Source of the DNA: an uncultured Gemmatimonadota bacterium
GTDB taxonomy: Bacteria; GCA-2686955
Direction of reading: 5' to 3'
Assembly: GCA_964490075.1 (NCBI GenBank)
Contig: CAZBBK010000001.1
Location: 1 to 64,000, forward strand
Length of the DNA stretch: 64,000 nt
Shown here: positions 46,239 to 56,999 of the stretch, in pieces
Position numbering within the stretch: position 1 is the first letter of the stretch
Layout of the letters: each line of letters opens with the position of its first letter
The notes under the pieces: model-generated
The model's database searches: none
Seen by the model: only the letters and a program-made list of their open reading frames with translations
Told to the model about the DNA's origin: nothing
Position numbers and translations under genes: made by a program

Positions 46239-47848
46239 CCGAGCTCTCCCGCGCCGGCCGGAGCCGGCAAGAATCCGCTACCCGATCGTTCGTCGCCACT
46301 CCGGCACCGGGCCGGCGCACCGAAGCCCTCGGCACCGATCGGTCCTTGGAGCTCCAGACGGCCGGCCCAGCCGAAGTGTGGAACGAAGCGATGGTTGTGC
46401 CGTGGATCCACCGTCCAGGCGGGCTCCTCGGCTCCGCCTTGCCGCACGATTCGCACCTGGTCCGCCGTGAAGCGGGTCAAGGGCCACGTGCGACAAGCCG
46501 TTGCTCGTTGAATCGACGGAATCTTGCGCGGATCCAGTCCCATTTCGAGCGCGCAGACCAGATCGACCGCCACCGGGTTGCGCCCGCCGATCAGGCGACC
46601 CGCCGGAACCAGATCGGGACACATGGGACCGTTGCCTTCGCCGGCCACGATGCCGTCGATGATCGACAGGTAGCGACGTACCGGAGTCGACGCCAGCTCG
46701 CCCCGGTGGGTGCCATAAAGCAGGATCTTGTTCAGATCGAGCACCATGCGCCAGATGGTGTCGTTGCCATACCAGTTGCCGCTGCGCACCACCTCTTCGG
46801 TGTCACCGAAGGCCGCCCGTCCCGGCTTCTTCAGATGCCTGAGCCACGCCGCCAGCCGATCCGGGCAACGATTCAGGAGGGTCTTGAAGCGTCCCATCAG
46901 GTGGTACTCCAACACCCCCTTCAGCGAATCGTCCGGGAATTGATCGCCCCCCATGCCTGGCGTGCCCTCGCTGTGGTGCGGAAGGAAGTTCTTGTAGCCG
47001 TTGATGCCGACCATGTTCTTCAGCGAGGCGGTGATGCCGCATTTCTTGTGGGTCTTCATCTTGGGCAGGTTCAGCACCACGTCGGCGGCGGCCACGGTGG
47101 CGCTGATCCGATAGCGGTGGACGCCGTCGGAGTGAGCACGGTTGGTCTCGTCCATGTCGAAGCAGGCGCCGAAATAGCGTCCCTGGTGACCGACGAACTC
47201 CGATCCCTCTCCGAGGTCGAAGTCGAGGTAGCCGCTCGGATCGCCGGCCAGGCGCTCACGGTGGACGATGATCCCGTCGCGAGTCTGGTGCTCCTCCTGC
47301 CTGAGATCGAGCACCTCGACGCCGGCACCGCAGGGAAGGACTCGCCAGTGATCGAGCAACGCCGCCATGGCGCTGCGCTCCAGGATCATCCGCATCGACG
47401 AATCGGTCTGAGGGCCGTCGGCGATCACCACGCGACCGGCGTCGCCGAGGGCGAGCAGGGCATAGTCCACCACCGCGCGAATCACCGCCGGGTGGGTGAT
47501 GACCTCGCGCCAGGCCTCCGGCTTCAGCAGGTGCGACTCCTTCACCCAGTTGGGCTTCACCACCACCGCATCGCCCGGCCGGATCAGCTCTCCGAGAGGA
47601 TTCCAGTCATTCGATCCGAAGTGCTCCCGGTCCATCCCCAGGCTGCGCAACAGCTCGCGCACTCCGGCGTAGGCCGAGTTGCCGGAGCGCTCGCCGCCGG
47701 TCGGGGCGGGGCCGCCGTGCAGCCGGCGCAGCTCGGGATAGGGCTGGTCGGGATGAAAGGGGGGTCGCTTCGGGTAGCTGGCCACGCCGACGGCGATCGA
47801 CGCCACGCGCGCATCGTCGAGCTCGGGGAAGGGTCCGACGTGGATCAT
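46235..47848 (-). CDS. DUF362-domain protein
   Basis: VVVKPNWV, THPAVIRAV, NLPKMKTH, SLKNMVG, DGIVAGEGNGP, NPVAVD. Confidence 0.9.
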   Translation of the reverse strand: MIHVGPFPELDDARVASIAVGVASYPKRPPFHPDQPYPELRRLHGGPAPTGGERSGNSAYAGVRELLRSLGMDREHFGSNDWNPLGELIRPGDAVVVKPNWVKESHLLKPEAWREVITHPAVIRAVVDYALLALGDAGRVVIADGPQTDSSMRMILERSAMAALLDHWRVLPCGAGVEVLDLRQEEHQTRDGIIVHRERLAGDPSGYLDFDLGEGSEFVGHQGRYFGACFDMDETNRAHSDGVHRYRISATVAAADVVLNLPKMKTHKKCGITASLKNMVGINGYKNFLPHHSEGTPGMGGDQFPDDSLKGVLEYHLMGRFKTLLNRCPDRLAAWLRHLKKPGRAAFGDTEEVVRSGNWYGNDTIWRMVLDLNKILLYGTHRGELASTPVRRYLSIIDGIVAGEGNGPMCPDLVPAGRLIGGRNPVAVDLVCALEMGLDPRKIPSIQRATACRTWPLTRFTADQVRIVRQGGAEEPAWTVDPRHNHRFVPHFGWAGRLELQGPIGAEGFGAPARCRSGDERSGSGFLPAPAGAGELG

Positions 47849-50166
47849 CGTGCCGGCACCTCCGCGCTGCCAAAGCGCTGCCGGGAAGCGGACTCGGAGC
47901 CCGGCTCGAGCAGCACTTCGGCGATGCGCCCGGCGAAGCGAGCCGCCGTGTAGTGCTCGCGCTGCAATGCTCTCCCCCGCTCCCCCATGGCGGTGCGCAG
48001 CGCCGGGTCGTGGGCCAGGGTCGCCAGCGCCTCGGCCAGGGCCCGGGGATTCCGTTCGGGGATCAAGAAGCCGCTTTCACCGTCTCGAACCACGTCAGGG
48101 ATGGCGCCGCGCTCGGTCGACACCACCGGCAGGCCGGCCGCCATCGCCTCCAGGATCACCACCGGCAGGCCTTCCAGCGGGTAGAAGGTCGGCAGGCAGA
48201 AGACGTCGGCCTCGTCGAAGAGCGTGGCCTTGGGTTCGCCGGTCACGACCCCGGTGAAACGCACCGCCTCCTCGAGCTCGAGCTCGTCGATCTCGCGCCA
48301 CACCTCGCGGCGCAGCAGCTCGGACTCCCAGCGCCCGGCGATGATCAGCTCGGCTCCCGGGCTGGCCCGGCGCAGCGCCGGCAGCGCGCGAATCAGCTCG
48401 CGGAAACCCTTGGTCTCGTCGAGGACGCCCAGGAAGAGCACCCGGAAGGGGCGTGCACGGGAAGCGCGCCCGGCGCCGGCCGGCGCGCGGTCATCACTTC
48501 GCACGTCGACCCCGTTGGGCACCACGCGCACTCGCTCCGGGGCCACGGCGGGACCGAAGATGCCGCGCAGCCCTTCGCCCAGCACCACGGCGCGGTCGAT
48601 GCGGCGCAGCACCAGGTCGATGAAGCGTCGATGCGGCACGCTCGCCGCACTCCGGAAGCGCGCGAAGTGCGCGCCGTGCAGGTGCGCCACGACGTCGGCC
48701 CCGGTCCCTTTCGCGGCCAGGATCAAAAGCGCGTCGCGCAGGAATGCCCAGCGGTTCTGGCTCAGCGAGAGGTAGGCGACACGCGGTCGCAGGAGCGCCA
48801 GGCGGAGCGCGCCGCGCAGCAGGTCGTGGAGCGCCACGCGTGCGTTGCGGAAGCTGAGCACGCCGAAGCCCCGCGCCTTGTGCGGATCGCCGACCGGCAC
48901 GTGATGCAGCACCACGCGCAGATCGTCGGCCAGCTCATCCAGCAGCGTGCGGAACATCACCGCCACGCCATGCACCGGGGGCGGCAGGGGCCCCATGACC
49001 AGCACCGGCAGCGGAGCGGCCGCGACCCGCCGGGCAACCGCCTCGGCGCCATCCAGGAAACCCCGCACCATGGTCCGCACGTCGTGGCCGCGGGTCCGTT
49101 GGGCGCCCCGGCGCAGCCGCTCGGCCAGCCCCGCGTCGCGCACCAGCGCCTCGATCGCCGCCTCGAGCGTCTGTTCGCCGGCCGCATCGACGAAGAGGCC
49201 GTTGCGGCCGCTCTGCAACGCCTCCAGCTCGGGCCCGGCGGAGCTGCCGCAGAGCACCGGGACGCCGTGCGCCAGCGCCTCGTTCACCGCCAGACCGGCC
49301 TGCGCCGGCAGCACCAGGGCCTCGGCGGCACGGTAGCAGAGCGCCTTTTCGGCCGGATCGTCGCATGCACCCACGAAGCGGACCCGGTCGGGCGCGATCC
49401 GCCCGGCGAGCAGCTCCAGGTGATCGCGCTCGGGGCCGTCACCGACGATCAGGGCGCAGGTCTCGGGATGCCGCCGCGCGACTCTCGACAGCGCCTCGAT
49501 CAAGCGATCGACCCGCTTGTAGTCGAGCAGCCGCCCGAGGAAGAGGAAGACGCGGCGCCCGGCCAGGTCGAGCTCTGCGCGGGCCGACTCCCGCCGGGGA
49601 TGACGCAGCGCGACAGCCTCCGCTTCCCGCCCCGCGGCGATCGTATCGACGGCGTTCGGCGCCACGTGGATCCGCTCCCTCGGGACGCCGATCGAACCGT
49701 AGAAGTCGCGGGCCCGATGGCCATAGGCGATGATCCCGTCGGCCGAAACCGCCAGACGACGGCGCCAGGCACGACGCGCCCAATCCCCGGGCCCGGGGCC
49801 GGCCTCGCGCCAGGCCTCGCGCCATGCCTCCCAACCCGATCCCCACCATGCAAAGGCGATTCCTCGCCGCCGGCAGTGGCCCAGGAGCCGCGGCATCGCC
49901 ACCAGCCGGAGCCCGAGCTCCGCGACCACCAGGTCGCAGTCGGCCGGTAAGGCGCGGATCAAGCGCCCTTGCAGCACCGCACCCGCCAGCTCGACGCTCG
50001 GCACGCGCACCTGGCGGAAACGGGCGGCGCCGGCACCGGCTTTCGGATCGGGATCGCTGTGAATCACGACCAGCTCACCACCGCGCGGCTCGAGCTCGGC
50101 ACCGATCCGGTCCAGCGGTCCCACCCGATATGGCGGCAGCACTCGTTGAATGACGGCGATCTTCAC
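47845..50166 (-). CDS. Tandem GT4-GT4 fused glycosyltransferase
   Basis: Two GT-B modules: FLGRLLDYKR...GLAVNEALAHG and FLGVLDETKG...EGLPVVILEAMAAG. Confidence 0.9.
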   Translation of the reverse strand: MKIAVIQRVLPPYRVGPLDRIGAELEPRGGELVVIHSDPDPKAGAGAARFRQVRVPSVELAGAVLQGRLIRALPADCDLVVAELGLRLVAMPRLLGHCRRRGIAFAWWGSGWEAWREAWREAGPGPGDWARRAWRRRLAVSADGIIAYGHRARDFYGSIGVPRERIHVAPNAVDTIAAGREAEAVALRHPRRESARAELDLAGRRVFLFLGRLLDYKRVDRLIEALSRVARRHPETCALIVGDGPERDHLELLAGRIAPDRVRFVGACDDPAEKALCYRAAEALVLPAQAGLAVNEALAHGVPVLCGSSAGPELEALQSGRNGLFVDAAGEQTLEAAIEALVRDAGLAERLRRGAQRTRGHDVRTMVRGFLDGAEAVARRVAAAPLPVLVMGPLPPPVHGVAVMFRTLLDELADDLRVVLHHVPVGDPHKARGFGVLSFRNARVALHDLLRGALRLALLRPRVAYLSLSQNRWAFLRDALLILAAKGTGADVVAHLHGAHFARFRSAASVPHRRFIDLVLRRIDRAVVLGEGLRGIFGPAVAPERVRVVPNGVDVRSDDRAPAGAGRASRARPFRVLFLGVLDETKGFRELIRALPALRRASPGAELIIAGRWESELLRREVWREIDELELEEAVRFTGVVTGEPKATLFDEADVFCLPTFYPLEGLPVVILEAMAAGLPVVSTERGAIPDVVRDGESGFLIPERNPRALAEALATLAHDPALRTAMGERGRALQREHYTAARFAGRIAEVLLEPGSESASRQRFGSAEVPAR

Positions 50167-50356
50167 GTTTCAGATCCAGGGCGAAGGAAGGGACTACTCC
50201 GCTCGATCGGCGCCCCGGCCGCCGGCTTGAGCACCGGATCGACCCGCGTCAGCCAGATGGCGGCACCGTGCGATATCACGGTTATACTGAGAGGTTCAGA
50301 ATGGAATCACGCCCTGTGTTTCGCCCCTGGCAACGCCCCCCCCGCTGGAGACCGGA

Positions 50357-51328
50357 ATGAGACCCCTATTCGCCGCGCTGCTGGTCACGTTGGCCCCAGC
50401 CGCCTCCTTCGCGACGGAGATCGTGTCCTTCGACGGCGTCACTACGATGTCCCCGCCGAGCGCGATCGCATCGATCCCAACCTACCCGCCCCTGCCCCCG
50501 GACTCGCAAGACCTGGTCTACGACAGCGGCGACTACTCGCAGGGCTCGCGCAACCTGCAGAACGCGGACATCATTCCCGGCTGGCCCTACTGGGCGCACC
50601 AGGTTCGCTTTTCGCCGCTGCCCGGGATGGACGGACCGCTGCTCGAGGTGCGCTATGTGGCCGCCGTGCAGTGGGGCACCTACGCCGACTTCGACCTGGT
50701 GATTCGCAACGCCGGCGGCATCGAGGTGGCCTCACTTTCGGGCCTGAGCGCGGTGATCGACGACACCAACTGGCAGATCGTCGATGTGTCGTCGCTGGGC
50801 TTCGTACCCGGCGCTGCGCCCTTCTCGATCGAGCTGCGCCCTTCCGATGCCTGTGACGGCAGCAACGGCTTCACCATCCCCTTCAGCACCCTGGGATCGA
50901 ACCGCTCGTTCTTCACCAGCGACTGCACCAATCCCTACTACTCCTTCGCCCTGGAGGCGCGCGACCTCTTCGTGCGCGCGGTCATCGCCGACGATCCGGC
51001 CGGACCGGCGCTTTCGATCGAAAGCTTGGTGGCCGGTCAAACCGCCACCATCACGGTCACCGGCGCGACGCCGTACGCACCCGTGGGCGTCGCCTACTCG
51101 CTGGTGGGAGCCGGACCCTCGACCGTCGATACCGGCGCCTGCGGCCTGCAGACCGTCGACCTGAGCGCACCCTTCACCGTCCTGCCGATGCTCAGCGCCG
51201 ACGGTTCGGGGACCGCCACCCACCTGCAGCCGATCCCGCCCACCGCCAGCGGCGTAGCGGTGTGGCTGCACGCCATCGATCTCGGCGCCTGCGCGCTGAC
51301 CAACAGCTTGGCGGAGGTCGTTCAGTAG
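50357..51328 (+). CDS. Secreted hypothetical protein with beta-rich C-terminal domain
   Basis: GGAG RBS, signal peptide, LVYDSG, LVAGQTATITVTGATP...ADGSGTA C-terminal module; strong GC3 codon bias. Confidence 0.8.
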   Translation: MRPLFAALLVTLAPAASFATEIVSFDGVTTMSPPSAIASIPTYPPLPPDSQDLVYDSGDYSQGSRNLQNADIIPGWPYWAHQVRFSPLPGMDGPLLEVRYVAAVQWGTYADFDLVIRNAGGIEVASLSGLSAVIDDTNWQIVDVSSLGFVPGAAPFSIELRPSDACDGSNGFTIPFSTLGSNRSFFTSDCTNPYYSFALEARDLFVRAVIADDPAGPALSIESLVAGQTATITVTGATPYAPVGVAYSLVGAGPSTVDTGACGLQTVDLSAPFTVLPMLSADGSGTATHLQPIPPTASGVAVWLHAIDLGACALTNSLAEVVQ

Positions 51329-51369
51329 GGGCGCATCCGCACCCCCCCGGCCCGGCCGTGTAGCCGATG

Positions 51370-51957
51370 CTAGCGGCCGGGCCCGCGGCCCGCCAGGCGG
51401 CGCAGCACCCCCCACCCCGCCAGGCAGCCGACCGGGTAGATCGGCAGATCGCTCCAGAAGAAGTTGCTGCCGAGCAGCGCCGCGCCCAGAAAGGTCGCGC
51501 GCAGCGCCTCGAGCGGTGCCGGATGCCAAAGGGTCCGCGCAGGGATTACTTCCCATTTTGGCGCCCAGATGTGGTTCAGATCTGGTCGATCGGCGAGTTC
51601 AGAAACCGGAGGAGTAGCAGCGCTACTTCGAGGATTTCGGGGCTCGCCGATCGGCCAGAGGTGGGCTGCAGATGGGATGCCAAAATGGGAAGTTATTCCT
51701 GCGCGGACCCAAAGTTGCAGGAACTCCAGCGCGCAGGTAGCGACACAGACCGCGGCCGCGATGCGTCCGGCCCACTGCGGCCGGGGAACGATCCAGAACA
51801 CCAGCAGCACGAAGAAGATCTCGTAGGCGATCCCGCCGCCCCAGTTGCTGATCCAGAAGCCCCACGGGCCCTCGTAGAAACGCACCCAGAAGCCGAAAGG
51901 CACCACCACCGCGAACGCGATGGCGGTGCGCAGGCGCAGCCGCGCGGGCTCGGTCAT
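51370..51957 (-). CDS. DUF2809-like small membrane protein carrying a 61-aa in-frame MITE-derived insertion
   Basis: GGIAYE...EFLQLW[insert]HPAPLEALRATFLGAALLG..F.W.D...Y..G; removing 183 nt gives a 134-aa protein with a continuous LQLWHP motif. Confidence 0.8.
   Translation of the reverse strand: MTEPARLRLRTAIAFAVVVPFGFWVRFYEGPWGFWISNWGGGIAYEIFFVLLVFWIVPRPQWAGRIAAAVCVATCALEFLQLWVRAGITSHFGIPSAAHLWPIGEPRNPRSSAATPPVSELADRPDLNHIWAPKWEVIPARTLWHPAPLEALRATFLGAALLGSNFFWSDLPIYPVGCLAGWGVLRRLAGRGPGR
51531..51710. mobile_element. 180-bp palindromic MITE
   Basis: Terminal IRs GGGTCCGCGCAGG(G/A)AT(T/A)ACTTCCCATTTTGGC (30/32 match); AAA direct repeat at 51528-30 and 51711-13; lower GC; whole element is self-complementary. 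Confidence 0.9.
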
Positions 51958-51959
51958 GA

Positions 51960-54515
51960 TCAGCCGGCCGCCGCCGCGACGAACGACTCGAGGCGATCGA
52001 ACTGCAAGTAGCGATAGAGATCGCCCGCCACACTCTCGATGCGGCCGGCATGGTCGCGATACTCCTCCGCGCTCGGCAGCCGTCCCAGGATCGCCGCCAC
52101 CGCCGCCAGCTCGGCCGAGGCCAGGTACACGTTGGCGCCGTCGCCGAGCCGATTGGGGAAGTTGCGGGTCGAGGTCGACACCACCGTCGCGCCGGGAGCC
52201 ACCCGCGCCTGGTTGCCCATGCACAGCGAGCATCCCGGCAGCTCGGTGCGCGCGCCAGCCCTGGCGAGAACATTGTAGCAACCCTCGCTGACCAGCGAAT
52301 CGCGGTCCATGCGGGTCGGCGGCGCCACCCAGAGCCGGGTCGGCAGCGGCTCGCCGAAGGTCTCGAGCAACCGAGCCAGGGCCCGGAAATGGCCGATGTT
52401 GGTCATGCAGGAACCGACGAACACCTCGTCGATCTCGGTCCCCGCCAGATCCGAAAGTGTCTTCACATCGTCGGGATCGTTCGGGCAGGCCAGGATCGGC
52501 TCGGTGATGCGCGACATATCGACCTCGATCACGCGCGCGTACTCGGCGTCGGCGTCGGGCTCCAGCAGCGCCGGTGCCGCGATCCAGTCCTCCATCGCCC
52601 GGGCCCGCCGCTCCAGGGTCTCGGCGTCGCCGTAGCCCTCGGCGATCATCCAGCGCAGCAGCACGACGTTGGAGCGCAGATACTCGATGATCGGCTCCTT
52701 GCCGAGGCGGATGGTGCAGCCCGCGGCCGAACGCTCCGCGCTCGCGTCGGAGAGCTCGAAAGCCTGCTCCACCTTGAGATCGGGCAGCCCCTCGATCTCC
52801 ACGATCCGCCCGCTGAAGACGTTCTTCTTGCCCGCCTTCTCCACCGTCAGATCGCCGCTCTCGATCGCCGCCAGGGGGATCGCGTTCACCAGGTCGCGCA
52901 GCGTGATGCCGGGCTGCATCCGGCCCGTGAAACGCACCAGCACCGACTCCGGCATGTCGAGCGGCATCACCCCCTGGGCGGCGGCGAAGGCCACCAGCCC
53001 GGAGCCCGCCGGGAAGGAGATCCCGAGCGGGAAGCGGGTGTGCGAGTCTCCGCCCGTGCCGACCTGGTCGGGCAGAATCATGCGGTTCAGCCAGGAGTGG
53101 ATGATGCCGTCCCCCGGGCGCAACGCCACCCCGCCGCGGCTCTGGAAGAACTCGGGCAGTGAGCCGTGCATCGCCACGTCGATCGGCTTGGGGTAGGCGG
53201 CGGTGTGGCAGAACGACTGCATCACCAGGTCGGCCGAGAAGCGCAGGCAAGCCAGCTCCTTGAGCTCATCGCGGGTCATCGGTCCGGTGGTGTCTTGCGA
53301 GCCGACTGTCGCCATGCGCGGCTCGCAGTAGGCGCCCGGACGCACCCCCTCGACGCCGCAGGCACGGCCGACGATCTTCTGGGCCAGGGTGTAGCCGCGA
53401 CCGGTATCGGCCGGCTGCCGCGGGTGGCGGAACGCGCTCGATTCGCCCAGTCCCAGCCTTGCTCGAGCTCTGGCCGTCAGCGAGCGGCCGATGATCAGGG
53501 GAATGCGCCCTCCGGCGCGCACCTCGTCCAGCAACACTTCGGTCTTGAGATCGAAGCGGGCGATGGTGTCGCCGGCCTGGTCGGTGATGCACCCCTCGTA
53601 GGGATGAATCGTGATCACGTCTCCCATCCGCAGGGCACCGACCTCGCACTCGATCGGCAGCGCGCCCGAGTCTTCCATGGTGTTGAAGAAGATCGGCGCG
53701 ATCTTGCCGCCCAGACAGAAGCCGCCGGCGCGCTTGTTGGGCACCTGCGGAATATCGTCGCCGATATGCCAGAGCACCGAGTTGGTGGCCGACTTGCGCG
53801 ACGATCCGGTGCCGACCACGTCGCCGACGTAGACCAGCGGGTGCCCCTTCTCCTTCAGCTCGGCGAGCTGCTCGATACAGTTGTGGATCCCGGGCCGCGG
53901 GTTCTTGAGCATCGCCAGGGCGTGCAAGGGAATATCGGGGCGCGACCAGGCGTCGGGAGCGGGCGACAGATCGTCGGTATTGGTCTCGCCGTCGACCTTG
54001 AAGACCGTCAGCGTCACCTGCTCGGGCAGGGGCGGACGGGCGTCGAACCAGCTGGCTTCGGCCCACCCTTGCAGCACCTTCTTGGCCTGCTGGTTGCCGC
54101 TTTCGGCCTTGTCCGCCACCTCGTCAAGAGCGTCGCCGACCAGCAGAATGTGCTCGAGCTGCGCCGCCGCCGGCTCTCCCAACTCGGAATCGTCGAGCAG
54201 CTCGACCAGGGTGGCGACGTTGTAGCCGCCGAGCATGGTGCCCAGGATCTCCACGGCGCGCATCCGATCGATCAGAGGCGAGATCCGCTCCCCCCGGGCG
54301 ATGGCGCTCAGGAAGTCGGCCTTGACCCGCGCCGCCGGATCGACTCCGGCCGGCACGCGCTCCTTCAGCAGATTCAGGAGCTGGGCCGAATCCTCCGCGG
54401 CCGGGGGGCTCTCGATCAGCCGCGCCAATGCGGCGGTCTGCTCGGCATCGAGCGGCAGCGGTGGAATGCCCTGCGCGGCGCGCTGCGCCTCGTGCTCGCG
54501 ATACTGCTTCAGCAT
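51960..54515 (-). CDS. acnB: Aconitate hydratase B
   Basis: [71 protein letters not shown]. Confidence 0.98.
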   Translation of the reverse strand: MLKQYREHEAQRAAQGIPPLPLDAEQTAALARLIESPPAAEDSAQLLNLLKERVPAGVDPAARVKADFLSAIARGERISPLIDRMRAVEILGTMLGGYNVATLVELLDDSELGEPAAAQLEHILLVGDALDEVADKAESGNQQAKKVLQGWAEASWFDARPPLPEQVTLTVFKVDGETNTDDLSPAPDAWSRPDIPLHALAMLKNPRPGIHNCIEQLAELKEKGHPLVYVGDVVGTGSSRKSATNSVLWHIGDDIPQVPNKRAGGFCLGGKIAPIFFNTMEDSGALPIECEVGALRMGDVITIHPYEGCITDQAGDTIARFDLKTEVLLDEVRAGGRIPLIIGRSLTARARARLGLGESSAFRHPRQPADTGRGYTLAQKIVGRACGVEGVRPGAYCEPRMATVGSQDTTGPMTRDELKELACLRFSADLVMQSFCHTAAYPKPIDVAMHGSLPEFFQSRGGVALRPGDGIIHSWLNRMILPDQVGTGGDSHTRFPLGISFPAGSGLVAFAAAQGVMPLDMPESVLVRFTGRMQPGITLRDLVNAIPLAAIESGDLTVEKAGKKNVFSGRIVEIEGLPDLKVEQAFELSDASAERSAAGCTIRLGKEPIIEYLRSNVVLLRWMIAEGYGDAETLERRARAMEDWIAAPALLEPDADAEYARVIEVDMSRITEPILACPNDPDDVKTLSDLAGTEIDEVFVGSCMTNIGHFRALARLLETFGEPLPTRLWVAPPTRMDRDSLVSEGCYNVLARAGARTELPGCSLCMGNQARVAPGATVVSTSTRNFPNRLGDGANVYLASAELAAVAAILGRLPSAEEYRDHAGRIESVAGDLYRYLQFDRLESFVAAAAG

Positions 54516-54591
54516 GGTCTTCTCTCCGGCGTGGGTTTGTTGCGATCGGGCTCCATGCGCCAAACATAGCGGCTGCGGAACATGCGCGGAA

Positions 54592-54628
54592 TTGATATTT
54601 ATCGATGGAAGCCATAGGCTTTCTGCAT
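54592..54628. promoter_or_regulatory. Two LysR T-N11-A boxes in the acnB/lysR divergent region
   Basis: TTGATATTTATCGAT (54592-606) and ATAGGCTTTCTGCAT (54614-628), 22 bp apart; the second overlaps the lysR ATG. Confidence 0.65.
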
Positions 54629-55505
54629 GCCTGATCTGCTGCTCCTGCGCTCCTTCCTGGAGGTGGCCGAATGCGGCGCCATCACCCAGGCCGCGCATCG
54701 CCTCTACATCACCCAGCCGGCTCTGTCGCGACGCCTCCAGCAGCTCGAGAGCGAGCTCAGCGCCCCGCTCCTGGTGCGCGGCGCCCGCGGCGTCACCCTC
54801 ACCGAGCAAGGGCGCTTCGTGGCCCGCGAGGCGCGCGCCCTGGTGGAGCGCTGGGAGCGCATGCACGACGGCGTGCTAGCTCTCTCCCGTCTCGAGGCCG
54901 GCGTGGTGCGCCTCGGCGGCGGCGCCACCGCCATCTCATTCCTGCTCCCCGAAGCGATCGCGGCGCTACAGCAGGCCCACCCGGGCATCGTGTTCCAGGT
55001 CAAGGAGGCCGGCAGCCGCGACATCGAACGCGACGTGCTCGACGAGCGCCTGGAGCTGGGCGTCGTCACGCTGCCGGTGCAGTCGCAGGACTTCGAGATC
55101 ACGCCGCTGCGCAGCGACCGCATCGTCCTGGTCGCCGCCCGGGCCCACCCCCTGGCCCGCCGGAGGCGCGTCGACACCGCCGACCTCGAAGGTCAGGCGA
55201 TGGTCGCCTTCGAAGCGCCCAGTGCCATCCGGCGGCTGATCGACCAGGCCCTGCGCGCCGCCGGAGTGCGGGTCCAGGTGGTGATGGAGCTGCGCTCGAT
55301 CCCGGCCATCCTGCGCATGGTCGCCACCACCCGCCGCCTGGCCTTCGTCAGCCAGCTCGGAGTCGGCCGCGGCGGCGACGATATCCGCGTGCTGCCGGTG
55401 CGCGGCCTGCGCATCAAGCGCGACCTGGCGGTGATCCGCAAGCGCGAGCGTCCCCTCTCCCCAGCCGCCGCCGCCTTCGCCGAGCTGCTGCTTCAGCGAA
55501 TGTAG
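54627..55505 (+). CDS. LysR-family transcriptional regulator
   Basis: [35 protein letters not shown]; substrate-binding domain. Confidence 0.96.
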   Translation: MPDLLLLRSFLEVAECGAITQAAHRLYITQPALSRRLQQLESELSAPLLVRGARGVTLTEQGRFVAREARALVERWERMHDGVLALSRLEAGVVRLGGGATAISFLLPEAIAALQQAHPGIVFQVKEAGSRDIERDVLDERLELGVVTLPVQSQDFEITPLRSDRIVLVAARAHPLARRRRVDTADLEGQAMVAFEAPSAIRRLIDQALRAAGVRVQVVMELRSIPAILRMVATTRRLAFVSQLGVGRGGDDIRVLPVRGLRIKRDLAVIRKRERPLSPAAAAFAELLLQRM

Positions 55506-56899
55506 CCCAGGCTCTTGAGCTGCTCCAGGAGCGCCGCGTCGTTCTTCGAGCGCGTCCCCAGCGTGGTCTCGCGCCGCCCCCAGCTGGCCACGGTGGCGAT
55601 CGGCCGGCGCCGCACGAAGTCGTCCTCGAAGGCCTCGAAGAGGATCTCTCCGGGCAGATCGTCGGCCACCGGCAGACCGAGCAGCCAGGCCAGCGTCGGG
55701 GCCACGTCGTAGGGATCGGCGTCCTGGATCCGATGGCCGGCTCGAACCCTCGGGCCGCAGACGAAGAGCACTCCCTTGGCGTCGGTGGTGTGGTCTCCCG
55801 GCCTTCGATTCACGAAGGGAATCCAGCCGGTTCGGGTCGCCTCGGCGCCGTGATCGGAAGCCACGATCAGCACCGTGCGCGAATCGAGGGAATCGAGGAT
55901 CTCGCCCAGGAAGGTGTCGAGGAAGCGGTAGATGCCCTCGACCAGGCCCCGGTCCCGCTCCGGATGCGGCGCCCGTTTCCAGAAGGCGAACTTCCAGGGC
56001 TCCACCAGGTTCCACGCATAGTGCTGAACCGGATCGGGTCCGCGCAGGTAGAGCATCTGGAGATCGGTCGGCCACTCCCGGTCCAGCTGCTGAGCCAGGG
56101 TGAAATGGGGCCGGTCGACGGCGTAGAAGGTCTTCCACCACGAGTAGGGAGTGCGCAGATTCCAGGGTGCGGCGATCAAGACCTCCATCTGCTCGTCGGT
56201 CAATCCTCCCCGCCGTTGCAGCTCATCGAAGGGAAAACCGTCCTTGGTCAACCAGTGACGCTCGGCGAGCTCCGCCAAGGCCGGCGGATGGATGTCGGCA
56301 TCGAGCTCCCGCAAGGAGTCCGGATCGGCGGTCCAGTAGTAGTTGCCCTGCGCCATCCACTCTGCCGTCGCCGGATTGGCGTGATCGCTGACGACATATC
56401 CGTTCACCGCTTCCGCGGGCCAGCTCGCCCACCAGCCGATCACTCCGACACTGCGCCCGTAACGCCCGGCGACGTTCCACAGCGCCTCCGCCCGACGCGA
56501 GTTGCTGGTGACCGGGATCGTCTCGCCCGAGGGCAGCCGATCGACGAAATCGGCGACGCCGTGTTGGTCGGGAGAGACCCCGGTCGCCATGGTGGTCCAG
56601 ACCACCGGCGAGCTGGTCGTCTCCATCGTCTCGAAGCGCTCCATGTACGCCCCTTCCTCCGTCAAACGCTGGAAGGCCGGAAGTTCGCCGCGCTCCATCA
56701 TGGGGGCGATGATCCTCCAGGTGGCGCCGTCGATACCGACGAATCGAACCCGCAGCGACTCCGGGTCCGATTCCGCCGCCGCCGCGCTGAAATCGCAGGC
56801 CAGCAGCAGCAGCACGCCCGCCAAGCGCCCAGCGCTCCGCGCGATCTTCGTTCGGCGGTCGGTTTCGGGTGATCGATGGCTCGGGGCGTGTCGGTGCAT
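55493..56899 (-). CDS. Alkaline-phosphatase-superfamily (type I phosphodiesterase/NPP-like) protein
   Basis: VGIDGA, SPVVWTTMATG, DPVQH, ASDHG, DVAPT, C-terminal LKSLGYI; GGGAG RBS before ATG 56899. Confidence 0.9.
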   Translation of the reverse strand: MHRHAPSHRSPETDRRTKIARSAGRLAGVLLLLACDFSAAAAESDPESLRVRFVGIDGATWRIIAPMMERGELPAFQRLTEEGAYMERFETMETTSSPVVWTTMATGVSPDQHGVADFVDRLPSGETIPVTSNSRRAEALWNVAGRYGRSVGVIGWWASWPAEAVNGYVVSDHANPATAEWMAQGNYYWTADPDSLRELDADIHPPALAELAERHWLTKDGFPFDELQRRGGLTDEQMEVLIAAPWNLRTPYSWWKTFYAVDRPHFTLAQQLDREWPTDLQMLYLRGPDPVQHYAWNLVEPWKFAFWKRAPHPERDRGLVEGIYRFLDTFLGEILDSLDSRTVLIVASDHGAEATRTGWIPFVNRRPGDHTTDAKGVLFVCGPRVRAGHRIQDADPYDVAPTLAWLLGLPVADDLPGEILFEAFEDDFVRRRPIATVASWGRRETTLGTRSKNDAALLEQLKSLGYIR

Positions 56900-56999
56900 A
56901 TGGACTCCCAGCGCAGTGTCGGACAGGGCGGGTCCCGCGAATCGCCGCGAGGCGCCTGCCTGGCTCTTCGTCCGGATCCGTGCTTCCTGCAGGCGCAAA

